A stretch of 64,000 bases of DNA from Lama glama (GCA_028534125.1 CM052816.1:14324001-14388000), one strand, 5' to 3'. Positions 28,586 to 42,457 are shown, counted from the stretch's first letter. Made by a program: numbers and translations. Notes: generated by a model not told the origin, from the letters alone.

Positions 28586-28974
28586 TACAGCTTTCCCTTC
28601 CCTGTTCCAAGTATCTCTTCCTTGGGAAACCCAACAGCACCCGCTCTGCCCCAGAGGAACACAGTCTGCTTGTGCTTTTGCATTACGGATGACCCAGCAC
28701 GCTTACGGAAGTGGTGACTTCCGCACTTCAGACCTCAGAAGGGGTAACTCTGTGTTCTAGAGAGCATTCTCTTCCCTCTAGCCTTCAAACCAGCATGCAC
28801 TGGGAAGAGTTAGGTTTTTGTTGTCAAGGATGGGGAGGGAGCTGCTTAAGGGGACAGTTTGGCAGCCTTCAAATCCTGCATACCAACCTTTTAACAAGCA
28901 ACTCCATAGTCGGAAATTTTTAAAGGCCACGAGCAAAGATTTAATAGCAAGCGGGTGTATTATTATCATTTTCA

Positions 28975-29375
28975 ATTCAAATATAGTTGATTTACAATAT
29001 TGTGTTAGTTTCAGGTTGACAGCATAGTAATTTATTGCGCTTTTTTCCTTTTTCTTTTTTGCAGATTGTATTCCATTATAGGCTATTATAAGATATTGAG
29101 TATAATTCCCTGTGCTGTACAGTAAATCCTTATTGCTTATCTATTTTATATTTTATGTATAGTAGTTTGTATCTATTAATTCCATACTCCTAATTTGTCC
29201 TTCCCCAACTCCCTCTCTCCTCTGGTAACCTTAAGTTTGTTTTCTATGCCTGAGAGTTAATTTCTGTTTTGTATATAAATTCATTTCTATTAATTTTTAG
29301 ATTCCACAGATAAGTGATATCATATAATATTTGTCTTTCTCTGTCTTCTTTCATTAAGCATAATATTCTCTAGGC
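28975..29375 (-). mobile_element. Cetartiodactyl-type L1 3' end
   Basis: tagttgatttacaatattgtgttagtttcagg...tagattccacagataagtgatatcat. Confidence 0.85.
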
Positions 29376-29509
29376 CAAAGATGCACTTATAGCATAGTTT
29401 AGGATAGTGAAAAATTGGCAATAGCCTAAATGCTCAAGAGTAATGAGACTGGTTAAATTATGGCACATCCATAAAATGGAACATTATTTAGCTTTTAAAA
29501 CTTTGTAGC

Positions 29510-29672
29510 GGGGGCAGGGTACAGGTCAGTGTAGAGAGCATGTTTAGCATGCACAAGGTCCTGGATTCAATCCCTAGAACCTCCATTAAAAAAAATACAT
29601 ATTTATATATAAATTTAAAAAAATTAAAACCAAAAACCCAATTACCTCTCCCCCCAAAAAAGGAAAAAAAAA
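29510..29672 (+). mobile_element. Vic-1-like SINE
   Basis: gggtacaggtcagtgtagagagcatgtttagcatgcacaaggtcctggattcaatccc + tail ending aattacctctccccc. Confidence 0.85.
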
Positions 29673-29959
29673 CTGTACTGTAGATGAATACTCATAGACA
29701 TGGACAGACGGTCATGGTAAATTGTTAGAAAAAATATTATTCTAGTAGGACACCATTTCTGTCAGATACACACAGATAAATGGATGGATGAATATATGTG
29801 TATCAAATTTTAACAGTAGTTGACTTAAGGTGGTAGGTATTTTTACACTCTTTATTTTGCCTATGTGTAGATTCTACACATCTTCTAGGTGGGGGTCTGT
29901 TACTTTGTAGAAAGAAGAAAATGGTAAAAATTATTTTCAATTCAAAACTTGACTACCTT

Positions 29960-30530
29960 TCTACTGGACTGGCTAAAATAAAAAAGACTGGCAATGCCAT
30001 GTGTTGGCGAGGATGTGAAGCAATCAGGACTTTCTCTCCACTGTAACAACCACTTTGGAAAACCATTGGGCAGTATTACTAGAGCAAAACATACATCTAC
30101 CCCATGCCCCAGCAGTTCCCTTTCTGGGCATATATCAAGGGAATCGAGTATTCATGCACACCCAAGTACATATACAAAACCATTCATTAGAGTTTTATTA
30201 ACCACAGCCAAACTCTAGAAACAACACCAATATTCATCCGCAATAGCATAGGTAAAATAAATTGTTGCCTATTCATGCCACAGAATACTACAGAATAGTG
30301 AAAAAGAACAAACTACAACATGCTGCAGGATGGATGAATTTCACAAATTTACTGTTGAGTGAAAGAAGCCTGATGCTAAAAAATACATACTATGTTATTC
30401 CACTTACATGAAGGTCAAGAACAGGCCAACCGAATCTATGACGATAGAGATCAGAAGAGGAGTCACTTTTAGGGGTGATACTGACAAAAAAGGAACATGA
30501 GGGAGACTTCTAGGGTGCTGGGAACATTTG
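29960..30530 (+). mobile_element. Old L1 (L1ME-like) fragment
   Basis: gtgttggcgaggatgtgaagcaatcagg...gagtgaaagaagcctgatgc. Confidence 0.7.
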
Positions 30531-30534
30531 CTAT

Positions 30535-30850
30535 CAGCACTGTTCAAAAGAAATATAATGCAAGCTGAATATGTAATTTAACATTTTAAGAAACGGTGAA
30601 ATTAATTTTAAGGATTTCTTTTTATTTAATGTAACATCCAAGATGTTGTCATGTGGGCATTTAGTCACTATTAACAAACTATCAATGATGTATGTTCCCT
30701 TTTGTTGTACTAAGTTGTATATGTTCCCTTTTTTCGTACTAAGCTGTCGGAAGTGTATTTTACACTCACAGCACTTCTCAGTTCCAACCAGATCCACCGA
30801 ACTGCTCAAAAGACACAGTGGCTGGTAGCTACCGTATCAAATGGCAAAAG
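30535..30850. mobile_element. MER33-like MITE
   Basis: cagcactgttcaaaagaaatataatgcaagc...gtggctggtagctaccgtat. Confidence 0.75.
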
Positions 30851-31894
30851 ACTGTATCTTGATTTGATTGGTGGCTTCATGGGTGGATAAAAATTCATCA
30901 GGCTGTAAGATATTTAAAATACACTTCAATAAAACTAATTTTGAAATAAACTTCTTAAAAAGAGGGTTAGGAGATATATCAAGCAAGGAACGCAGGCTCT
31001 GGTTACTCAGCTGAGCTGACCAGCCCTCTGTGGGACTGAAGATACCAGTCAGAGTTCCAGGGGCCACCCCTCAAGTCAGCAATTTGCCTGCACAGCAGAG
31101 GCTCAGCCCAGGGTGTGGTGGAGTAGAGCAATACCAGCTCCACTAAAAGAAGGAAGAGCAGAAACTGGGGGAATACGCCCTAATGCTAGTAGGAGTGTGG
31201 AGTGATTCCAGAGGTTTACACACCAACGTCTAGCTGTGTTTGCCCCCAGAGATGAAGAGAATGTCCCAGGACTCATGCAGAGAAGAGAGAGGTGAGAGCC
31301 CAGCCCACTGGCCCAGAAGGTTCCCACGGCCACAGCTGAGCCACGCTCCACACAAGCCCAAGAGAACCTACCTCCACAGGTCTCCTCTAAGCACCACAGG
31401 TCAAGCCAGTGTTCCCGAGGTGGAGTACAGGCACCTGATGATTTTAGTGGTATGCCAGTAAATTTCTTTTTACTAGTTATGCATTTATTTAGAATAGAAT
31501 TGTGAGCGTGTAAGTACATGTATGTGTATAATGGACCATCCATGGGTTCATAGGTAACAATTGGTTAGGGTAATGCCAAAGTTTAAAAGATGACTCTAAA
31601 GAAAAATATTAAAGTAAGCAATAACACAGATGGTACACGGATATAGCAACAACAACAACAAATCATGAAGTGGTATGCAAATATGCGCATTTTAGAGAAC
31701 AGTGGTGGTTACACCACCCTCCCTCCATGAAATAATCCTGGAGACCCAGGCTTTTAGGGGTGGGGTAGGGGGAGGTGCTTAAGGGACTGGTCCATGTGGG
31801 TCAATCAGGAGGAAAAGAAGATCAGCAATTAGCTCAGAATCCCTCCAAGAGGCATCAGAAATTGCCTGGCTGGAAGTCAAGAGGGCATTTGCTA

Positions 31895-33200
31895 GTGGTG
31901 TTGAGAAAGCTGGACAGCCACATGTAAATCAGTGTAGTTAGAACACTCCCTCACACCATGTACAAAAACAAACTCAAAACGGCTTAAAGACTTAACATTA
32001 GATAGGATACCATAAATCTCCTAGAAGAGAACTTAGGCAATACATTTTCTGACATAAATTGTAGCAATGTTTTCCTAGGTCAGTCTCCCAAGGCAATAGA
32101 AATAAAAGCAAAAATAAACAAATGGGACCTAATTAAACTTACAAGCTTTTGCACAGCAGAGGAAACCATAAACAAAACGAAAAGACAATCTATGGACTGG
32201 GAGAAAACATGTGCAAATGATGCAACTGACAGGGACTCATTTCCAGAATATACAAACATCTCATACAACTCAACAACAAAAAAAACCCAAACAACCGAAT
32301 CCAAAAATGGGCAGAAGACCTAAACAAGCAATTCTCCAATGAAAACATACAAATGGCCAACAGGCACATAAAAAGATGCTCAATATCACTAATTATCAGA
32401 GAAATGCAAATCAAAACTACAATGAGGTATCAAATCACACTGGTCACAATGGCCATCATTAAAAAGTCCACAAACGATAAATGCTGAAGAGGGTGTGGAG
32501 AAAAGGGAACCCTCCTACACTGTTGGTGGGAATGTATTTTAGTGCAGCCACTATGGCAAATAGCACGGCGATTCCTTAAAAAAATAAAAATAGAGTTACC
32601 ACATGATCCAGTAATCTCACTCTTAGGCGTATATCCAGAGAAAACTCTAATTGAAAACATACCTGCACCCCAATGTTCACAGCAGCACTATTTACAATAG
32701 CCAAGACATGGAAGCAACTTAAATGTCCATCAACAGATGATTGGATAAAGATGTGGTATTTATACTACTCAGCCATAAAAAAGAATGAAATAATGCCATT
32801 TGCAGTAAAATAGATGGACCTAGAGATTATCATAGTAAGTGAAGTAAGTCAGAGAAAGACAAATACCATATGATATTACATATATGTAGAATCTAAAAAA
32901 GTGAGACAAATGAACTTATTTACAAAATAGAAACAGACTCACAGACATAGAAAAAAAACTAATGGTTACCAAAGGGGAAAGGGGAGGAGGGATAATTAGG
33001 GGTTTGGGATTAGCAGATACAAACTACTATGTACAGAACACATGAACAGCAACGTCCTACAATAGCACAGGGAACTATGTTCAATAGTTTGTAAAAAGAA
33101 TATGAAAAAGAACATACATATATATGTATAACTGAATCACTATGCTGTACCAGAAACTAACATAACATTGTAAATCAACTACACTTCAATTGAAAAAAGG
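31895..33200 (+). mobile_element. 5'-truncated L1 (ORF2 C-terminal remnant + 3'UTR)
   Basis: Classic ORF2 3' text (aaatgggacctaattaaacttacaagcttttgcacagca; gaaatgcaaatcaaaactacaatgagg); TSD gggcatttgcta at 31883-31894 and 33205-33216. Confidence 0.93.
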
Positions 33201-34389
33201 GGGGGGGCATTTGCTAAGAAAACCAAGATCTCAGCGAAAACACAATACAGGTTTCTCCAAAGGGTCTTACATATTGTGGTCACAATAGAGATGCTTCTCC
33301 TTTGCAGGCAGTCTCCTCAGAGCCATGTGCTTCCTGGTCAGCAGATCTCCACGGGGGCACATCTTATCTGTGCGGCCACAGACACATGACAGCCCGCAGG
33401 ACTGACCAAAAGTTGGCACAGCTGCCAGGCTGAAGGACTGGAGAGGGAAGTCGTGGGGAGGTGCACATCCGTAAATACTGAATTTGTTGAACAAATAAAG
33501 ATATGGCCCAGTCCCCTAACTTTGGGTCCCCTAACTCTTTCCTAAGTCGATGAGTAGATTCATTTTGGGAATTTATCTTTCCTATCAATATTCTGGGAAT
33601 CTTTCTTCTCTTTTTTCTGTATCTGACCAGAATACTTCCCAACTCGAATAGAATGACCTTTGGATGCCAGAACAACGGTCAGGGTCCAGCCAGGGAAGCA
33701 GGAAGTAAGGGCTTTGTCTGCCCTTGACTTCCTGGGGCCTCAGCGCCTGCGGAACAGAAGCCGTACACACCTCCCCACCCAGAAAGCACATGGGGTTTCC
33801 CACTATTTCCTCTGGGCCCTTGAAGCCTAAAGCTTTGTGTGTGGCAGCTGTGGAGGGGACACAAAGATGTCACCATCTTGTTCTTAATGCACTCAGTCCA
33901 ACTGGGAGCAGAGAGGAAGAAAAACACACTGAAAAGGCAGAAGGAAGCCAAGAACGGGGGATGCCTAGAAGTAGGCCGAGGGAGGAACAAGCCAGGCTCA
34001 CAGGACAGGGTGGGGGTGAATTGTATCCCTCCTCGGAGCTCCCCGCCACATGGATGGGCCACGATGGTGCTGAGAATTGTTTCTATTGATGGACAGGTTA
34101 CCGGGGGCCAGCCCGGTGCCGAACACTCTTGGTGCAAGACCTCACTGGCAGAGCAGTCAAGAGCACAGGCTCCGGAGCTCCTCATCCGGTTAGCACGTTT
34201 TAGTAAGAGTGTACTACGTGCCAGGTGCTGTTCTAGGTCCTGGAGAAACAGCAGTGCCAAGTCTAAGCCCTGCTCTAAGAAGTCACGTACTCCAGAGGCT
34301 TCACTTGGACCAGATTTGGGTTTTAAACCTACCTCTGCCTTATACTAGATGACTGACCAGTAGGCCCTGTGGACCTTAGTCTATCCAAC

Positions 34390-34855
34390 TGTGAAATAAA
34401 ATTCACGTTTTATTGCAAGAAAAGAAAAATTTAAACATAATAAACTCTTCTCTGCCCTTTGGCCTCCTCTCTCCCCACACTGTGCACTGTGTATCTGCAT
34501 TCTGCATCAACCAAGCCTCCCTCACCGGCAGGAACACCTACCGGCTCAACCATAAGGAGCAACATTCTCCTAGCATCAACAAGAGACTCCTTAAAAGATA
34601 ACATTCCTTCCTGAGCTTGTAAGGGGTCACGTGACCCACCAGGATGACGCTGAAATCTGGATCATGTAAACTGTCAACAATACCTCATTTGATGGATAGC
34701 CCTCTGGCTCAAAAAACTTACATAACCGTGCCTTGACTTCTAACAAGCAGAGAAGTTCTCAGAGCTTTCTGAGAGGCTCTTCCTGGGTTATAATCCTCAA
34801 ATCTGGCTCAAATAAATTTTTCCATTTCTTTCTTAGACTGACTGATTTTTTGACA
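34390..34855 (+). mobile_element. MER41-like ERV1 solo LTR inserted in a MIR
   Basis: TG...CA termini, TSD caac/cagc, AATAAA at 34811; gttctcagagctttctgagag...tataatcctcaaatctggctcaaataaa; MIR halves on both flanks. Confidence 0.75.
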
Positions 34856-35024
34856 CAGCTAGGACATTTAAAAAAATTTACCTTAAAGGTTTGTACGAGG
34901 GTTAAATGAAACAAGATGTGTAAAATTCTTAGAGCAGTGCCCAGCACCCAGTAAAGGCTTGATAAATATTGACTGTTATTTACAATGCTTGAGGGAGGTA
35001 CCCGTCCTGTCCCCATTCTTTCTG

Positions 35025-35900
35025 TTGCATGATGGTAAAATATACATAATACAAAATTTACAATTGTAACCATTTTAGTTAAGTAGGTAGCATTAAGTAC
35101 ATTCATACTGGTGAGCAACCATCACCACCTCCATCTCCAGATTTTTTTCCATCTTCTCATAGGCATTAAAATGAAATTCCATTCCCATTAAAAATAACTC
35201 TCCATTTCTCCCTTCCTCTGGCCCCTGACAACCACCATTCTACTTTCTGTCTATGAATTTGACTACTCTAAGTACCTAATATAAATAGAGTCAGACAGTA
35301 TCTAGCCTTTTGTGACTGGCTTATTTCACTTAGCGTAATATCCTCAAGGCTTACCCACATTGTAGCATGTGTCAGAATTTCTTTCCTTTTTCGGGGTGAA
35401 TAATATTCCATTGTATATCTATATTGATCTAGTTTATCAGTTGACACTTGGGTAGTTTCCACCTTTTGACCATTGTGAATAATGCTGCTACAGACATAGG
35501 TGTACAATTATCTTTTTGAGTCCCTGCATTTAAATCTTTTGGCCAGACACCCAGAAGTGGAATTGCCGGTTTGTATGGGAATACCATTTTTAATATTTTG
35601 AGGAACTGCCATACCATTTTCCATCACAATGCACCATTTTTACATTCCCAGCAGCAGTGCACAAGAGTTCCAATTTCTCCATATCTTCACCAACCCTTAT
35701 TTTCTGCTTTTTTTTTTTTATAATAGCCATCCTAATGGGTACGAGGTGGAATCTCATGATGGTTTTGATTTGCATTTCCCTACTGGTCAGTGATACTGAC
35801 CACCTTTTCATGTGCTTATTGGCCCATTGTGTATCTTCCTTGGAGAATGTATATCTAAGTCCTTTGCCCATTTTTGAATTTGAGCTGTTTGTGCTGTTGC
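35025..35900 (-). mobile_element. L1M fragment
   Basis: Antisense ORF2 end/3'UTR (ggttttgatttgcatttccctac; ttcacttagcgtaatatcctcaagg). Confidence 0.88.
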
Positions 35901-37130
35901 AGCAAGGTGATTTACATACATCTATTCCTTTCTTCCCACAATGCTCCTAGAGCCTCCTCTTAATGCCCCAGCCAAGCACAACTCAGACCCTGCCTCCTCT
36001 GCTGGCATCACCAATGCACCTCATACTGATAAGTGAAACCTGTAGCAGCAGCTAGAGACAAGCAACAAACCAGTGCAGAAAGGAGGGAGGGGAAAGCCGC
36101 CCAAGAGGATAAACAGACAGGCTCCAGTTCTCTCAGTCCCGTCCTTACTAAATTGGGCACAAAGTATCAGTGCCTCAAATCCAATAGTGAAGTGATTCCT
36201 ATGAATGTCATCTTTGAACTTGTCAAAGGGGATGGGTCTTTGCACATTCTTGGAGCACCCTCCCTGCCTCCCCCACAATGGAACAGCAGCAGCAAGGACC
36301 AGAAGAAACAAGAAAAAGAGTGAGGGGCCTGGAAAGCTGTTAGGTTCTGAGCAAGCAGCCCTCAGGAAGCAGAAGCGTGTCTAGGGGGAGAAGCACGAAG
36401 AGTGGTTGCTCCCCCATCACTTCCCCAGAGGTGGCATCATACGACAAGAGTATAATAAGTAAGTTGACGTTAATGAGGCAAATGCAGCCATGATGAAAAG
36501 CTGTGTAGGGAAGTCACATGAGAGTGAAGTCAGGAGACGCTCTATAATGTCAGCCCTCCACATCCACGAGGCACTTTTTAAACATCCATCCTTGCTCCTC
36601 TGACAGTGACCCTATCCCTGGCCCAGGGTCCTTCCCCTACCTATTAGAATAAGACCATAGCTCTTCACCAGAAAACATGCTAAATGCAGTTCCCCTGGCA
36701 CTACCTCCAGAGATACGGCCCCAGTGGGCCTGGGTGGGGCCTGGGAACCTGCATTGTGGCCCACTGCCCACAATGACAGCAGTGCCAATCACCGGTGCCC
36801 ATACCTTGAGCCCTTCTGGCTACTCTCAGCAGCAGAGACCCGCCCTAGGGTGTCCCAAATCTGTGGGACAGCCATGATAGTCTCTGTTCCTCTGTCACTC
36901 CCTAAATCCTAGAGGGTGGATTTCTGACACGATGCACAGAAAAATCAGGGGGCGATGACTTATTTACCCCATGACAACAGGATTTTTTCCCTGCCAAAAG
37001 AATTAGCTAAGAGATGCTTTCATTTTTCAGGTGTTTGCCCTTAAGGATCTGTTTGCCAGATTAAGTGTGAGAAGTCTGGCAGATGGCATTCAGGGGAGAG
37101 GTGCAGAGCATTCAAGAGCCACGGCAAACA

Positions 37131-37323
37131 TAGAATAGATAAACAAGATTACACTGTATAGCACAGGGAAATATACACAAAATGTTATGATAAATCACAG
37201 AGAAAAAAATGTGACAATGAGTGTGTATATGTCCATGAATGACTGAAAAATTGTGCTGAACACTGGAATTTGGACACAACACTGTAAAATGATTATGAAT
37301 CAATAAAAAATGTAAAAAAAAAA
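37131..37323 (+). mobile_element. Short young L1 3' end
   Basis: L1 3'UTR, AATAAA + A tail, perfect 14-bp TSD agccacggcaaaca at 37117-37130 and 37324-37337. Confidence 0.9.
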
Positions 37324-39809
37324 AGCCACGGCAAACAGAACATCACTGAGTAATGAAGATAAAATGAGAATCGTAAGCTACAGCTACAGAGAGAATAGGA
37401 TTTAGTTGACACACTTGTCAAAGAACACAGCCATTTGTAACTGTAATAATGATGACTCACGTGCCAGGCCCTGTGCTAGTGCTGCATTCATTCATTCATT
37501 TAAAAATATATTTACATACGAACAAGTACATACAGAAACAAGTACAAAACTATAAACAGAGGCCGCATTCACAGGGGGTCCCAGGTCAGGCAAGCAATGC
37601 AGCTTTGTGTTTTAGCACGTGGGTTCTAGACGGCCTCAGGTTCAGGTCCTGGCGCCATCATTCACCAACCACGTGACCTTAGCAAGGACCACCTCCAGCC
37701 TCAGCATGCTCATCTGTCAGATAAGGAAGCACGTACCTCACAGGGCTGTCCAGCTGATTAAATGAGATGACACACACACAGCTCTGAACAGTCCCCGGCA
37801 TGTGGTGAAACAGCTCACGAGTGTTTTGCATGTGTGTGTGTGTGTGTTTTGGTTTTGGGGGTTTTTTGCTCATGAGTGTTTTTAAAGGTTGGTATGATCA
37901 TTATCGCTGCCGGAGCGGAGTTTGAGTCCCCTGTCCTGAAGGAGGGCGGGAGTTGGGTCTATAGCCACTTTTGACTTCACACATTCCGACCAAGATGCAG
38001 AGGGATCCAGGGGACGCTGCTAGGCCACAGTCGCCGAGGTGGTACTCAGAACTAGAAGTAACCTGCCACCAGCAGCGACGCCAGGTAATTCTCCCTGCAC
38101 AGAGAGTACGACCCAGAAACTGCAGAGATCTGTAAGGCTGGTGTGAGGTCACTTTAAGAATGAAATGAGGTAGTAGGCAAACAGTGGCTGGCACACAGCA
38201 GACATTCCATCATTATTAGGCCTTGTTACTATCCATAACTTTGTAAGAGATTTGCTGTATAACAATTAGCATTAATTGAACCTCTACTCCAAGAGCCATC
38301 TCTTGGGTCTGCATGCCCAGTGCCTTCGCCTTTTCCTGATGACAACATCTCCCTTTCCTCTGGGGAATGTCCCCGCTCCAACCTATGGTCCTAGTGGCGC
38401 CGCCATCACTGAAGTCCTGTGTGCCAGCCCCTGACAGCTGTTACTAAATCATTCCAGCCTAATCAGCCAGAGGCCGACAAGAGCGAGCCTGTGGTCTGAC
38501 AGAATCAGATTTCCTGGTTTCAAGCAGTGAGGTGGGGCACTCCAGAGGACCCGTGGAAGGAAGGCAGCTCATTTGTAAATTCTAGTGTCTAGCTCAAGGA
38601 TTCCAAGGAGAGTCGAAGAGAAGCAGGAATCAATTCTGGGCTGGTTGCTGTTTTGGACTCAGGATTGAGAAAAGCAGGAATTAACTAGGGACAGAGTGCT
38701 GTCACTGAGGTTATCCTCAGTAACACATGAGAAGAGCAAAGCAGGCCTTTGCTTTTGTCTTTTGTCATAGGTCAGAAAGCAACGGTCACCCAAAGAGGGG
38801 TCCCTATGGCATTTCACAGCTGCTGTCTGACTGTGAGAGAAACAGTGTTTCCTGTTGGCTTTGCAGCTGGCTTTATCTCCTCTGCTGCCAGCCAGCTTTT
38901 TTTCTTTTGCAGTTCAAGCTGATTTTCACTTTCAGCTCCAACTGCGGCTCTATACAAAGATACCTTCCTGAAGACACTTTATTGTATTTGCTCAAAAATT
39001 GTCCTAATGAGAAATCAAACCTCTGATGACTATGGCATGAAGGAAGAACCCCCGCCCTCGGGCACAGCCCAACCTGCAGTGATAGGCAGCATCTTGGAGT
39101 CAGGCGCTCTCAGGTGGAGACAGAGGTCGGGGCCGGGCCATCCAAAGCAGAGCCCCAGGGGAGGCCCAGCTAGAAGCTAATGGTGCTGGGGAGCCCATCA
39201 CTGCCTGGCCTCTTCACGTCTCCCAGAGGACTGATTGTTTAGCTATTCTTTCAATTCCGGGAGCTATCTCAATCCTTTTCATGTAATCTTTGTTAAACCA
39301 AGCCATGGAGTTTCTGCTGCTGTACACCCCAGAACCCCAAATGACCTCTTTCTTTCTGAAGGCCCTGGGTTGGCTGCTGGGGAAAGAAAGGAAAGACACA
39401 TGCGCATCTGGACTTGTTCACTGACTACTTGTGTAAAGGGAGTGATTACTCTTATGACAAAAAGATTCTTCCCTTGCAAAATTATTCCCTCCCGGGTCCT
39501 CCCTCCCTCCCAGGACGGCTTGCTCTATCCCCAGGGCCTGGCCCACAATAAGCCCTCAACAGAGTCACCGAATGATTAGATGGATGGCGTGATCGTCTCC
39601 ACTTCTACAGATACGGAAAGGAGGCTTATAACTGGCTGACACAGGTGCTGTCAACAAGCGGGAGGACACAGATCCAAAACCAGGTCAGCCTGTGTCTTCC
39701 TTCCACTGTATCACACTATGCTTGTCTTATTCACGCCAAAAAGGAGCTTTCCTTTTCTTGCACAGGAGAAAGCCAAACTACCAAGGGAAGATTCTAATAT
39801 TCTGATTTG

Positions 39810-40400
39810 GCAGATCCTCTAAAAGTTAAACGGAATTACCGTATGACCAAACAATCTACTCCTAGGTATCTACCCAAAGGACAGAAAACAGGTACGCAGG
39901 TAAGTACCTGTACAAACATGTTCACAGCCACACTATAGCCACAAGGTGGGAAGAGCCCAAACGTCCATCAGTGAATGGATGGAGAAACACGTTGTGGTTG
40001 GTGCACACAATGGAAAGTTATTCAGCCATGACCAAGAATACAGGTAACCTAATACAGCTTACAATGTGGATAAGCCTCAAAAACATTATGCTACGGGAAA
40101 GAAGCCACACACAAAAGATCACATGCTGTACAATTCGATTTATATGAAATATCCAGAAGAGGTAAATCCACAGAGACAGAACACAGATTTGGTGGTTATC
40201 AAGGGTTGAGAGGAGAGATGAATGGAGAGAAACTGCTTAATGGGCAGGGGGTTTCCTTTTGGGGTTAGGAAAATGTTTTGGAACTAAATAGAGGTGATGA
40301 TTATACAACACTGTGAGTGTACTAAATGTCACTGCATTGTTCACTGTAAGATGGTTACTTTTATGGTATGTGAATTTCACCTCAGTTTAAAAAAAAATTA
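39810..40400 (+). mobile_element. L1MB-like 3' end
   Basis: ctcctaggtatctacccaaa...aatgtggataagcctcaaaaacattatgcta...gtgaatttcacctcagtttaaaaaa. Confidence 0.85.
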
Positions 40401-41034
40401 CAGTCCAGGAGCTATGCTGGTACTCAGGAACACCACATGTTTCCATGGCAACTATGCTTGCTGCTGTTCATTGATTTTTAGGCTGTGCTGGGAGAAGCCC
40501 TCTTTCTGAGGCAGTATGATCAAATGGCCAGGAGTATAGACAGCCTTGGTTCAAACCCCAGATCAGCTACTTACGTGACCTAGGGTGAATTTCTAAACCA
40601 CTGGATACTAGTTTCCTCATCAGTAAAACTGGAACAAATGTATCTACCTCATAGCATTGTTTTAAGGACTAAACGAGATTACAATGTTTGCAAAGCACTT
40701 GGGACAGTTCCTGGGACGTGATAAATGCTCAGCAAGTATTAGCTGCTAGAATGATGATACTTTTCTGCTAGAGTGGGTTCACTGCTTCCAATCCCTCTGT
40801 TTTCAAAAGTTTTTGTCCTGCTCTCTCTGTAATACATTTTGTGCTGCAGAGATCTGTTTTTGCCAGGAAAACAAGCTATACTCCTCAAAGCAGACTAACT
40901 CCCCAATGAGGAGGCCTTCAGTGATAAATTCCAAGGATGCTTTGGAGGACCCTCCTTGGTTTTTATCTCCATCGGCAGCAGAGAGCTCCCAGGAAGTGAA
41001 CTAGACGTCAGAGCTATTTTTTGTCCACAGTAAT

Positions 41035-41700
41035 TGGTGGTTAAATCACTTAATGGGCATCACTAGCTAAAAAGCACATCTCCGCAAATAAAGACCCAGA
41101 CAGCCTCTTATGGTCTCCTGCAGGTTTGGCTGAGGGAAATAAAAGGGGAGACTGGGGATGAAAGGTACTTATTTTCATATGCAGGAAAGAAAAACATTGT
41201 TCTTTGGCCAAAGTCCCAACTCGTGAACAGGAACCACCGTAAATTAGAAATAACTTACGTTTTTTGTTCTGAAAATCAGCCAATCAGCGATACTTTCATC
41301 CCAGTAACTATGCTTCTGAAAACCAGCACATCCTTGCCAGGCTCAAGCCTCTGAAAGTAAGCCAATCAATGACTACCCCAGACTCCTAGACGACAGCCAA
41401 TCAGCAAGTGCCTCACTCCGTGGGCCACTAGAAAGCCAGCGAATGAATGGCAGCCTTGCTCCAGGGAGTCACTAACACAGCTGAAAGTCCTCACGCCCCT
41501 AAATCTTTCCTGTTCTGGAAGTCCCCCAGCCCCTGCGCCCAGGCTCTCAAAATCTTACATAAAATAAGTTCAGGCTTTGTTGGGGAGGCTTTGCTGTAAA
41601 AGTACAGCTCTCTCTTTCAGGCTAACAGGAAGGGTTTTTTTGTTTTGTTTTGTTTTTTGGGTTTTTTTGCATCAGATGTCAAGTTCAATTTGTGTTAGTT
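41035..41700 (+). mobile_element. Old LTR (MER110/ERV1-like) with repeated CCAAT motifs
   Basis: Repeated agccaatca motifs (~41278, 41361, 41395); LTR-like architecture; family name tentative. Confidence 0.5.
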
Positions 41701-41869
41701 TGCAAATTTGCAGCCCTTTTAACAGTTGGGCCCCTGTTTATAGTCAGTCATGAGTTTGAATTTGTGAATGACAGATGCGCTCTTGCAGCTGTGAGATTAT
41801 CACCTTCAATCTCTTTGATTCTTAGTGGTTTCTATTACCTTTTTTTTTTAAACCTTCCTGCCATATTTC

Positions 41870-42405
41870 TTTCATTGAGGTATAATAGACATATTAGTTT
41901 CAGGTGAACAACATAATCTATTATTTTTACCTATTGCAAAATGATCACTGCAATCAGTCCAGTTAACATCTGTCACCATAGTTACAAAATTTTTTTTCTT
42001 GCGATGTGGACTTTTCAGATCTACTCTCTTAACAGCTCTCAAAGATGCAATGTAGTTTAAGTTGCATGTACAGTCACTATGCTGTACATTACATCTCCAT
42101 GACATTTATTTTATAGCTGGGAGTTTGTACCTTAGGGCTCCCTTCACCCATTTCCCCTACCCCTCATCCCTCCCACCTCTGGAAACCACCTATCTGTTCT
42201 CTGTATCTATGAACTTAGTTTTTTGTTGTTGTTTTAAATTCCACATATAAGTGAGCTCATATGCTATTTTGTCTTTCCTTTCTCTGTCTTATTTCACTTA
42301 GCACAGTGGCATAATGCCCTTGAGATCCATCCAAGTTGTTGCCAATGGCAAGATTCCATTCTTTCTCATGGCTCCATAAGATGTCATTCTTTTATAGTAC
42401 TCTGT

Positions 42406-42457
<52 letters not shown>

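Noticed and set aside
32080..32660. Minus-strand ORFs such as [19 protein letters not shown]
   Set aside because: Antisense translations of L1 ORF2, a well-known artefact.
33679..34348. Overlapping 193-aa and 169-aa ORFs
   Set aside because: No homology recognised, no splice context, partly L2/MIR-derived; consistent with chance.
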